Shown in pieces: positions 10,276 through 20,000 of a stretch of 20,000 bases of DNA. A program made the position numbers and the translations under genes. Source of the DNA: Toensbergia leucococca (Eukaryota); contig JALDZS010000124.1 of assembly GCA_022813965.1 (NCBI GenBank), forward strand, positions 53,715 to 73,714. Direction: 5' to 3'. The notes under the pieces were generated by a model. It was not told where the DNA came from. It saw only the letters and a program-made list of their open reading frames with translations, and searched no databases. Position 1 is the stretch's first letter, and each line of letters begins with the position of its first letter.

Positions 10276-10895
10276 CTAGTTAACTAACATACTTTGCGGA
10301 ACTGTCCTGTTGTGATACATCTCCTTCCACTTTGTCTCATCACTTCCCAAATCCACAAACCACCCGTCGTCATACACAGCCTGATAATTGCTGGGGGGGG
10401 TGCGCGCAGCACAGAAAGAAGTTGTCTCCAGAAGCTTTGTAGTGATTGTGAATGGCATATTGGGCCTTGTCACTTTTCTGAATATGAATAACGAGCTCCT
10501 CTGAGGATTCAGTCACAAGCCCTACTTCTCTCTGTCTTTCATTTGCAAGGGAAAGCTGAGTTGTGGCCTCACTGGCGTTCATAAATCGGATCTCATTGGC
10601 ATAAAGAGATATAGGAGGCATAATGTTCGGAGGCTACGAGCGATAGTAGGTGATGCCACGGACAATGCGGTCAATGAGCTCAAGCGCCTCACAGATATCC
10701 TCAATCTCTGAAAACTCCTCAGGGAGGATGCGTACATTGATGGCTCATCAACGCTGAACTCGGTGCTGAGAGCAGGAGAGTGCTTGCATACAAGTATCTC
10801 TTTCCTGGATTTGGTGCTTGAAAGCTTTAGTCTCCGCTCCCTCCTCGATAACTTCGTCCTGGGTAATGTCTTGGAGTGCTTGTAGCTGTCGGAAA
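10276..10895 (-). pseudogene. Decayed gene for a coiled-coil-containing protein; most complete relative of the downstream array module
   Basis: One minus frame reads FRQLQALQDITQDEVIEEGAETKAFKHQIQERDTCMQAL..HRVQR**AINVRILPEEFSEIEDICEALELIDRIVRGITYYRS*PPNIMPPISLYANEIRF...NFFLCCAHPP. A probable frameshift at the G8 run (~10393-10400) leads to SNYQAVYDDGWFVDLGSDETKWKEMYHNRTVPQSMLVN*. Protein-like but with 3 internal stops. Confidence 0.5.
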
Positions 10896-11619
10896 AAAAT
10901 CTATGTTTGAATAACATGACTGCGTGATATGCCGAGTACGTCGAAGCCCAGTTCTCCTATTCTCAAACGAGCTCCTCACGAACCCTCACATCTGGGATCC
11001 AACCATGAAACTCCTAAAACAGCGCTCCTCATTCCTGGTTTTTTGTTGCGAACGTTTTGTTGTAAACGCCGTTGTCGAACCAGCCACTCTCCATCTTTTT
11101 CTCTTCCCTCCCCTTTCTCGTCCTTCAATCACCCCTTTCCTAAACCCTATGCTACAGATCTCTATACTCCGACCCCCCCCCCTCACGTGTTAAAACCCAC
11201 TACATAAGTAGCAAAAGCAATAACCCTCTCTCTCCATCAACAGGACGGTGAGACAACGGAAAATAGTCAGTTGAGGTGAGCGAGCGGTTTTAGGTTGTAG
11301 ACGTTTTCTTTGAAATGTGTGTCGGCTAAACGTCATAGCAACAGGATGTAATGCGGTTCCCAGACTCAAAGCTTCAGCATTCTTTTGGTTTTACCCCATT
11401 TCTCTGAGCGGGTCAAAGCTGGTTGGAGGTTCGGTAGTAAATTTTTTTTTGGGATTTGAGGGGATTGCGAGTCGGTTTAGCTCTTTTTCTAGGGCTTGAT
11501 GATTAAGGCGATGGTACTACGTTTGACTCTCCAGTCTGTTGATGTGACGACTGGTTCATTTCCAAGGCTGAAATCGTTGATTTGAGTCCTGACTGGCTAT
11601 CCACTGCTGGCGGTTATTG

Positions 11620-14380
11620 GCTGAACTCGGTGCTGAGATCCGGAAAGTGCTTGCATACAACAATCTCTTTCCTGGAGTTGATGCTGGAAAGCTCTGGTGT
11701 CCGCTCCTTCTCCCCAATAACTTTGACCTGAGAATATAATTCTGAATCAAGGGTTTTCAATCTCCGAGAGCCAATAAGTGTTTGAATACAGCTACCTCTC
11801 TCCTGGATTCTTCTGCTTTGAGGATTTTATGTCTGTATCTTGGTTCTCAATAACTTCGTCCTGGGTACAGAATCCGGACAGAATCCGGTTTCTCGGATTT
11901 TCAACAAACCAAGGAGTTAGCTTGAGGCTACCTAGCAGTTGGTGTTCGAACGTGTGCGTCGGGCCTGCTGAACACGCTGCCAGGTAGATGGTTCTGTAGT
12001 AATTCCGGCTTGAATCTCCGCTCCTGCTCCCCGATAACTCCGTCCTAGGTACAGAATCCGCTTTGTCGGATTTTTCAATCTCCGAGGAATTATCTTGAGA
12101 CTATCAACCGGCGCTTGAACACGTGCGTTGGGTCTGCTGAATATGCTGCCAGGTAGCTGGTTCTGTTGTGATTCTTTCTGTAGGCAAGACTCCGCTGAGA
12201 ACCAATAAGTGCTCAAATACAACTATGTTTTTCGTGGGTTTTTCTGCTTCGGGCTTCAACCTCCGCTTCCTGCTCTTCAGTAACTTCGTTCTGCTTATAG
12301 GATCTAATTCCTGAATTGTTTCCATCTCTGAGGAATTGCCTTGAGGCTATCAATCAGTGCTTGAATATTGCGTCAGGCCTGCTCAGCGCAATATCAGGTA
12401 GATGATTCTGTGATGATTCTTTCCGCAGGTTGAGGTTGAATGGCTCTTGAATACAGGTATCCTCTTTCCTGGATTTTCTGCTTCGGGGCTTTGGTTTCCG
12501 CTCCTGCTTCCCAATAACTTCGTCTGGGTTACGGAATCTAATTTGTGAAGTTTCCATCTCTGAGGAATTGCCTTGAGGCTGCCTGCCAACCGGCGCTTGA
12601 ACAGGTGCGTCGGGCTTGCTCAGTACGCTGCCAGAGTGATGATTCTGTAGTAACTCTGAGAATTTGGGATTGAGTTCGTATTTGGGGCTGTTCGATTGAC
12701 TTGCTTTTCGCACTTCAGATCACTAGATTACTCTAGGAACTAGATGCTCTTTGAATGTGAGTACCTTTTTCATGAATTCTTCTGCTTGAGGGCTTCAATC
12801 TCCGCTCCTGCCCCTCAATAAAATTCGTCCTGTTCACAGCATTTGATTCTCGGAGTTGTAACAACCAAAGGATTTCCTTGAGACTACCTACGAGGCGGCG
12901 CTCAGATATGTGTGTATTGGGCATGCTCAGCATACCACGAGGTAGATGCTTCCATGGTAATTCTTTCTAGTGCTTCGGAATTGAGTTCTTTATTATGGCT
13001 GGGAACTTGATTTGATTGCTTTTTGCACCTGTGACTTTGAGGGTTCTTCATCGCTGGAGTCTGTGCTATGAACTGAGCCTTCCCTTGAATGCAAGTATTT
13101 CTTTTCTGAAGTCTTCTGCTTGAAGGCTTCGATTTCTGCTTTTTGATTCTCAATTCATAACTTCGTTCTAATCACAGAACCTAGTTCTCAGAATTGCAAT
13201 CTTCAATGAATTCCCTTGAGGCTATCCGTCGGCGCTCAAGCACGTGCATGGTACACCGCCAGGTAGATGGCTCTGTGGTATCTCTATCCGCAGATTGAGG
13301 TTGAACGGCTCTTTCTGAGGCTTTGTGTAAGGGTCTCTTATGAGATTCCGAATTCTGGGTGTAATTAGAAGATGTTTAGCTATCTAGGTGCGAAGCCACT
13401 AGATATACCGTGGTGATGCCAAGCCACTTAGGGTTGCTGGCTCGCCTAACCTCCCTAACTACCCTAGCCCTAGGAAAGCACCGTAACACTTTGTGACTGG
13501 ATTCGTATTTAGGGCTCGTCAATTGACTTAATTGCTTTTTGCACCTCAGACCTTGGGGGCTTTTCCTCATTGCTAAAGTCTATGCTAGGAGTGTGGTGCT
13601 TCTTGCTCTTTCGTGGATTTCCTGCTTCGGGACTCCAGTCTCCGCTCCTGCTCCTCAATAACTTCGTCCTGATTAATCTGATCCTCAATTTTCTACAACC
13701 ATGGAATTACCTCAAGACTATCAGTCAGCGCTCTAACAGGTGCGTCGGGCCCGCTCAGCCGGCTACCCGGTGGATGGTTCTGTGATGAATCTTTTTGTAG
13801 GTTGAGGTCGAATGGCTCTTTCTGAAGCTTTGAGATTGGGTTCAGATTTAGGGCTGGTAAATTGACTTGCTTTTTGCACCCAAAAAAGACCTTGAGAAAT
13901 TCGCATTGCTGGAATCTGTGCTAGGAGTCAGATGCTCTTGAATGTGAGTATCTCTTTCCTAGATATTTCTGCTTGAGGACTTCGATCTCTGCTTTTTGCA
14001 TCTCGGTATTCGTATCCTGGTTGCGGAATCTGATCCTCAAATTTCTAACAATGAAGGAAGGATCTTGAGACTCTTGATCGACGCTCGAACACGTGCGTAG
14101 GTTCTGCGATGATTTTTTGTGTAGGCTGAGGTTCAATGGCCCTTACTGAGGCTTTTGAGATTGGGCTCATATTTAGAACTGATAAATTGACTTATTTGCT
14201 TTTTGCATATGAGACCAGGAGGGCTCTTCCTCAATGCCGAAGTCTGTGCTAAGAGCGAGACACTCTTTGAGTGCAACTATCTCTTTCCTGGAATTTCTGC
14301 TCAAGTTCTTCAATCTCTGCTTTTTACATCTTAGCAATCTTGTCCTGATTAGGGAATCTCATTCCCAGATCTTGAACATT
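11620..14380 (-). repeat. Degenerate tandem array of ~10 diverged modules (spacing ~130-500 bp), plus an outlying copy at ~10750..10865
   Basis: The anchor ATAACTTCGTCCT or a variant occurs at ~10848, 11717, 11850, 12034, 12280, 12514, 12818, 13157, 13658, 14006 and 14335. Other recurring motifs are GTATCTCTTTCCTGGA, CTCCGCTCCTGCT, CTTGAGGCTA, GAACACGTGCGTCGGGCCTGCT and GCCAGGTAGATGGTTCTGT. Confidence 0.9.
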
Positions 14381-14879
14381 AGATGATCTGCCTAGCCGGG
14401 CCGTGTTCGTATACATGGCCAGGCATGTCTTTCTCAGAAGTGATCAAGTAGTCCTGGATCGCACTGCTGTGCCGTCATCATCGTTTCAATTTGCACACCA
14501 TCTCTCCATCTCTTGACCTCTCTCACTCCAACAAGTCAGCGCAGGGAGTCTCTCTAAGCTACCTCATCACAGCCATTATTACATCGCGGTCAGTCTATAC
14601 AGGCTTGTAGCAGCCTGTCGGCTTTTTATCATTTAAGGTACTACCGCTCAGGCAAGGTTGCGGAGCAAAGACGATGTCAGCTGAGGCAGGATACTGGCTG
14701 AAGCCATATCTTGAGAATTTAGTGCTTGGAAAGATGAGTGATCGGTCCTTCTGCTAGAAATGATCAGATTGAGTAATACCTCAGGGCTACCGGTTGGTAT
14801 TTGAACATGTGATTAGGCCTGCTCGGTATGGGTATACTTGACAAGTTCGGCCGGTCCTGCTAAGATGGCAGGAAATTAC

Positions 14880-15690
14880 TCAAGCGCCGTTCTGTGCCGT
14901 GATTAGAGTAGCGTTGTACGAGTTCCCCTTAATCGATAGGAGACGGTGATGGCGATGAAGACACAGCATCATGCTCGCCAATAATAGTGGATATATCTCT
15001 CCTTTGCCTCTGCACTTGATCAAGCAATCTTGGCCAGCTCCAATCTTCATTATTGAGGCCATTAAAGTGAATATATACTTTCAGCATCTGGCTCCTGCAG
15101 AGATTGTTTTTGTTGATGCCTTAGAACATATGGATCTAACTTTCTAGAGTATGGGGTTCTTAATCGAGCCTTCTTTGTAGGAGTTGCGCTAATGAAGTCG
15201 TTGCTTTTTTATTGTAGAGTGAGAGCGGTGTTTTCCTTAGATTGCCTCATATCTTCATAGAATCAATGTTGCTCAATACTGTAGAGGCCGTTGAAAAGTG
15301 GACGTATACTTCAGTATCCCGCTGCTACAGAGGCGGTGTTTGTTGAGGCTAGATCTTTCGAAACTAACTCCTTCAAGTAAGGAAGTCTTGGTTAGGCCTT
15401 CTTTGTGGGAGTTGCGCTGATGGAATCGTCGTTTTTTATAGTAGAGTCAGAGTGGTATTTTTTTTTGGATGGCATCGTATCTTCACAGCGTCAAAGTTGA
15501 TCAACGAGGTGATTCTCTGGCCTCTATTGCATTCAAAACTCTTTTGGTACAGGCCTTTATTTTTTTTTGGGTTGAGTATAAAGACAGGATTAAGCGGCGT
15601 AACATGTGCTTCTAATTCAGTAGTGAAATGCTCTGATGGGTTGGATGGGGCGTTTGCGGCTTCTTTCAGTCGATGATCTCGCATCGTCCT
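14880..15690 (-). pseudogene. Possible decayed ankyrin-repeat coding sequence containing a ~230-bp tandem duplication (15074..15277 and 15305..15504)
   Basis: The duplication is clear (TATACTT.CAG..., GGAGTTGCGCT at 15180 and 15408, TAGAGT.AGAG.GGT.TTTT, TATCTTCA.AG..TCAA.GTTG.TCAA). Minus-strand fragments KTPLSL...AQLL, HVTPL, QTPPL and GEIYPLLLAS...RLL resemble the ankyrin TPLxxA...LL pattern but are broken by stops and frameshifts. Confidence 0.35.
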
Positions 15691-17376
15691 GCGCCACTTT
15701 CAAAAGCCCCTTGTGTTGGGTTAGAGGATTGTCCCGTTTTAACTCTAAGTCTATATAATTTGAAGGATCATCTTCTTCTTCCATATCTAGAGAGCTTAGG
15801 GAGTATATGATTCTGGCTTCTTCAACAATGTCTTGATTGGACATATCAAGCACTTCTGCTTATCCAAGCATGACCTCATTGTAGGTATCCCAGGCGTCAC
15901 ATAACAGTCCAATTTTCTCATCTATTTGTTGACTTCGAGTTTGAATTCGAATGTCGAGAAAACCAAGCTATCTCTTCTGGAAACCCAGCTGTCTCTGTGT
16001 GCTGTCCCTTCAATCGTCACCACTTTCAAAGACTCGAAAGACTCGAAGGTCATGGATGGAATTTGAAATGACCTGGGGCAATTTTCAAATTAAACCTGGT
16101 AATCTAGTCGTTTTCGTGTATGGCAATAGTATCACCCTGCTGTCCTGGTATGAGCTCTTGAACTATTACGAACTCAATAGGTGGCTACCACGCCCACAGT
16201 AATCAAATATTCGAGATTCGATAGGCAGGTCTTTAGTCGTATTAGTCATGACGGCGGAATATCAACGGATTTGCCATGGAAGTCGTGAGAGGGCTGTCCG
16301 GGGGCCTTGGTGATACAACTTGGGATTCATGACTTAGCTTAAGCTTCGCTAGATCTTCATAGGGCTTTGTTGGTTGTTGCTTTGCGGCCAAATTTGATAA
16401 AGCTTGTATCTCCCACAATTGTGAATACACGTAGCCTCTGATTTCAACCCACTCAGCTGTCGGTGTGGTTATTGTAGGACTGAATCATTCGATTTCAATC
16501 GTCGAGTCTCCTGCCTCTCGCCTTGAAGCGATCATTCTTTTTGGTATGCATAGGCCTCGCTCGTTTCGTACTCCAATTTTGAATGCCATTCAATCTCCGT
16601 TTGCTTGTTTTGTATACAAGGGTTTTCAATATTGCTCGCTCGCCCGAATTTCGAGACGAGTATTCGCGAATTGTAGATTTGGAATTGCAAATTGGATCTC
16701 CGCCAGCGAATTCAAAACGATGCTACACGTCGACGTGTTTATCAGGCCGTGAGCTGGCAAATTAGCTCGCCAGTCGTATACTCCTCAAGTCTTCCCTACT
16801 TCGGCATCTGTCTCCTTTCTTATCGGCCAACCCTTCACAACTTCCACTCCAGCACTCAGGTTTCTCTCGAACATTTTCTGTTGCAAGATGATCTCATAGC
16901 TTCTTCTCAGCTCAATGAAAGTATTGTGTAAGCTCTGTCATCTCTTAACTCTTCAGCTGTCGTGATAAGGTGATTCTGATGATCAGAAATAGACCAATTG
17001 TTGAAACACACGCCTTGGTACATGAATCGACGTCTTTCTTACAAGCTGTCGAGTAAATTCGTCGTAGCCCCACACGTGGCTAATCCTGTGTAAATGTAAG
17101 GATAGTCGCCACACATGACGTTTCATTCTTGAATGAGCGTAATGGTGTTGTGTAAAGGATCATCGAGGATCTCGCTCGATATAGGCCTGAAAGCCCCTTG
17201 AAAAATCAATGGGACGATCGTCAGAAGACGTCGAAAAGATATTATTGGAAGAATGCTTTGAATTAATCATGTAATACCACCGCTCCCATGTAGATCAGTA
17301 TCTTCTTGATATGCTAATAGTAAGTATGTTATACCAAACAGCAGGTGTGTATGCTGGCTGAGGGAGCGAAATAAAA

Positions 17377-17449
17377 AGTGGTGGGGGCGTGTGGTAGTGG
17401 GCGTGCGACCAAGATGGAGCGTGCGACCAAGATGGAGTACACCCGTCAA
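17377..17449 (-). mobile_element. Putative solo terminal-repeat remnant of a Tc1/mariner (pogo/Fot1-like) DNA transposon
   Basis: Perfect 18-bp tandem repeat GCGTGCGACCAAGATGGA x2 at 17401..17436. The minus strand reads ACGGGTGTACTCCATCTTGGTCGCACGCTCCATCTTGGTCGCACGCCCACTACCACACGCCCCCACCAC. A short outer end followed by two internal direct repeats is the known architecture of Fot1/pogo TIRs. I saw no mate or transposase. Confidence 0.45.
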
Positions 17450-18138
17450 GGCTTCGGGAATAGTGAGAGTCTCAATAGTGGCCCCACAGCAGGCTCCTCG
17501 TCGTCGCCGTTGTCATCCTGGGTACTGGAAATGTAGTCTGCCTCATTCGTTCCTCCCCATGGAAGTAGAGGTTTCTGACGAGCGTGTGCCAGGTATCCAT
17601 GGTCTTCTATGCCTGAAGCAGTGCAGACTTTTCACGTCGATCGGCCTCTCTGCCGTACCGGAGCATAGCTTGATTAAAATCATCAGCAGGACGGAAATTC
17701 TTGGCATTCTCCATTGAGGCTACTGGCGCATCTTGTTATTGGCGAGTGAGTTAGAACCCTATTACTTTATGATGAGTGTTGTTCCAAACAATACTGTATC
17801 CTTATTGGTTTTGCAGCTCTCCAGAGGTAAAGATCCAGGGGTATAGCTAGGGCCTATTAGGCTAGTAAGGGTCATGTTGTGTGTTGGTATATTGATGCTG
17901 TAATTGTGCTGCTGTTGTGATAGTTGCCAGAATAGTCGATACGTTTTTCGTAGAGCTCTTTTTCAATCGTCACAATGTGAATAGCCGGGCGATTTTTGGC
18001 TTCACGATATCTGGGAGCACATAGTCAATATTTCGAACTTTGAATACCCGAAAACTAACGATGGCGGTCCAGTAACGCTGTCAAGCGGCAGGCGCCGGCA
18101 CCGGCGCCACTTCTATTGATCGTTCGTGCTTCTCATCT

Positions 18139-19200
18139 CTAGGATCCTCCGCCGGTATCTCCTTCCAGCGCGGCATTACACTTGCCCCTGATTGTAATAT
18201 CTGAACCTTTGATCGTGTTATTGTGCTCCTGGAAGTTTATTCCCGACCTCTCTTGCTCAGTGGCTCTATAGCTGTGTGCCACGAATTTCAAGGAGCAATG
18301 CCAAAAGTAAGCAAGTGTGACTACATGGGAGCCCCCGTAACCAAGGGCTTCTTTCATTTTCTTGAAAGCTAATCGGATAAATGATCCTGTCTTCATGGCT
18401 CGAAATCCAGGGCCTTGAAAAGAGTTAATCAACATTGGGAGCTGCTTCAATCATCCAGCTCTATATAGTCCCAGTCGAGTCCAGAACTTTATCCGTAGCG
18501 TTAATCGAGGACTTCTGGTACACAAGCAAAATCGAAGAGTGCAATGCGGTTTGCGAATCAATCCCTGCTACGGGCCCATTCAGATCTTCCAGCAGATGAT
18601 GGTTTGTTCTCCATATTCCTAGCTCCATCTCACTATGAGCTTAGTACACGCGGAAGCCGAAGATATAGATAACAACTTTGACATCACTTTCAATCACAAC
18701 GGTAAGACGTTTGAAACCCGAGCCGTGAGTTATCTTCATTATCATTGTTCGTGCCAAATTTTCCCTCCTAAAGAATCTTGGGGGCTTGGATACCCATCGA
18801 AGCAGGCCTTTTCTCAGTGGCGTCCCCTAGTCATTGGGGTGAATGTTGAAGATTTTGTAGGCGATGAAGTCCTCAGGTTCGTGCCATTTGGGTTGTTGTC
18901 TCAACAGGTTCGCCTTCTCCATCTTGAGGTTTTCAGATGTGGCAGTGCGGACGGTGTTCGATGTAATCAACTGACATGGTGCCGAAAATTGCCATGGATC
19001 AAGCAAGGTTTCAAAACTCTTCCATCCAACTCGAGGGCCACTTATTCAAATAGTAGTGGCTTATCCGACCGCCAGAATGGGAGACGTGTGAAGGACTTGG
19101 GCTAAAGAATCGACGCTACATGGTGCAACGACCCACTTATTATCGATGTCATTATATTGTAGCTTCGACATCTCACATCTGTCAGCCATGGTTCTGAGAA
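18139..19200 (-). pseudogene. Probable decayed ankyrin-repeat gene fragment
   Basis: Minus-strand fragments in shifting frames: DIDNK/GSLHHVAS (~19150-19110), GTPLRK/ACFDGYP (~18827-18788), GIDSQTALHSS (~18565-18533) and SINATDK (~18508-18488). These are followed by a protein-like tail FIRLAFKKMKEALGYGGSHVVTLAYFWHCSL. Many stops and frameshifts. Confidence 0.42.
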
Positions 19201-19377
19201 ATAGGAGGCTTTGTGATTTTCGGTGGAATTTGGATTGCAAAGAAACAATCCATTTTATGGTCGGAGTCTTCAATTCATCATGGCGACGGCGATGAGTAGT
19301 TGCCAGGGTATTCAGTCCTGCCCTTGAATAGTCTCGCCACCCTTGGTGGTACACCTGGGAGAATGAAGGGCGGGAAT

Positions 19378-19440
19378 GCAATCTGTGATTTTCGACGCAA
19401 TCTGTGGATGTCGACGCAATCTGTGATTGTCCCTAACATC
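19378..19440 (-). repeat. 19-bp tandem repeat x3, possibly a remnant DNA-transposon (Mutator-like) terminal repeat
   Basis: GCAATCTGTGATTTTCGAC GCAATCTGTGGATGTCGAC GCAATCTGTGATTGTCCCT AACATC. The repeat is directly visible; the transposon origin is inference. Confidence 0.6.
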
Positions 19441-20000
19441 CTGTCTGACTGTCCAAAAGAACACAGCTCAAGCGTCTCTACATAATCAACCTAGGGTGTC
19501 AGTTGTCTCAGTCTTGCAGCAGACAAATCAATGACGAGTTCCTTAAGTTTGAAAACACTGTTTTCACTGTGGACTCCCCGAGCTTTTTCACTCAGGCCTC
19601 AGAAACATCGAGTATGCTGGAGTATTTTATGAGAGATGGAGGGTTTGCAAAAGCTTTGTATGGCCAGGGGTTCTTGTGGCTGACATATTCTGGGTGAGCT
19701 CTTGAAAATCACTAACCCAGGCCACAGATCTTGTTGCAAAGATAAATAACGTTTAGCTCTGACTTCTCAGTAAATTTACGTCTCGTTGGCTTTTTGATTC
19801 GCTGAAGAAATTTCACCAAGGTCCGACATCATTCTATTACTGTGGCGCCACAAGAGCGTTGTCGCCGACGTTGGTATGATGTAATTGGTGTCGAAGTTCG
19901 AACTCGGCCGACATGGCCTTCCCGGATCCTTGACCTTTTGACTTGCTCTAAACACTCAGAACGGCTAAACCTATGTCACTTCTTCCATATGCTCCCCGTC

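Noticed and set aside
11620..14380. CRISPR-like repeat/spacer array
   Set aside because: The context is eukaryotic, units are homologous along most of their length with no unique spacers, spacing is irregular, and no cas genes are present.
16725..16738. 14-bp perfect palindrome ACACGTCGACGTGT
   Set aside because: A single occurrence with no associated feature; about one palindrome of this length is expected by chance in 20 kb.
16960..17090. Minus-strand ISHVWG motif as a HET-domain start
   Set aside because: None of the other HET motifs (e.g. W.D..CI.Q) follow, and it is too short to support a call.
18091..18108. GC-rich hairpin GGCGCCGG-CA-CCGGCGCC as a Helitron 3' end or terminator
   Set aside because: No CTRR terminus at the expected distance on either strand and no U-tract. 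Bacterial-type terminators are not expected here.
18635..19105. 156-aa plus-strand ORF
   Set aside because: No recognisable motif. It lies antisense to the ankyrin-like relic and is probably a shadow frame.

Overview
Eukaryotic DNA, most likely from a filamentous ascomycete (short GT-AG introns with CTRAY-like branch points). The left 9 kb is gene-dense. It holds the 3' part of a fumarylacetoacetase gene (+), a small two-exon Gly-rich hypothetical gene (+), a three-exon 3-ketodihydrosphingosine reductase TSC10 (-) head-to-head with SAS10/UTP3 (+), and an intact two-exon Cys-rich uncharacterised gene (+). From about 9.4 kb to the end I see no intact gene. This part holds locally duplicated blocks, about 11 diverged copies of a 130-350 bp module that reads on the minus strand as a decayed coiled-coil peptide (QDEVIEEQE(A/R)E..LKQ.IQERDTCIQ), two stretches of decayed ankyrin-like sequence (-), and two short internally repeated motifs resembling solo DNA-transposon ends. 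All calls come from reading the sequence by eye; no database searches were run.
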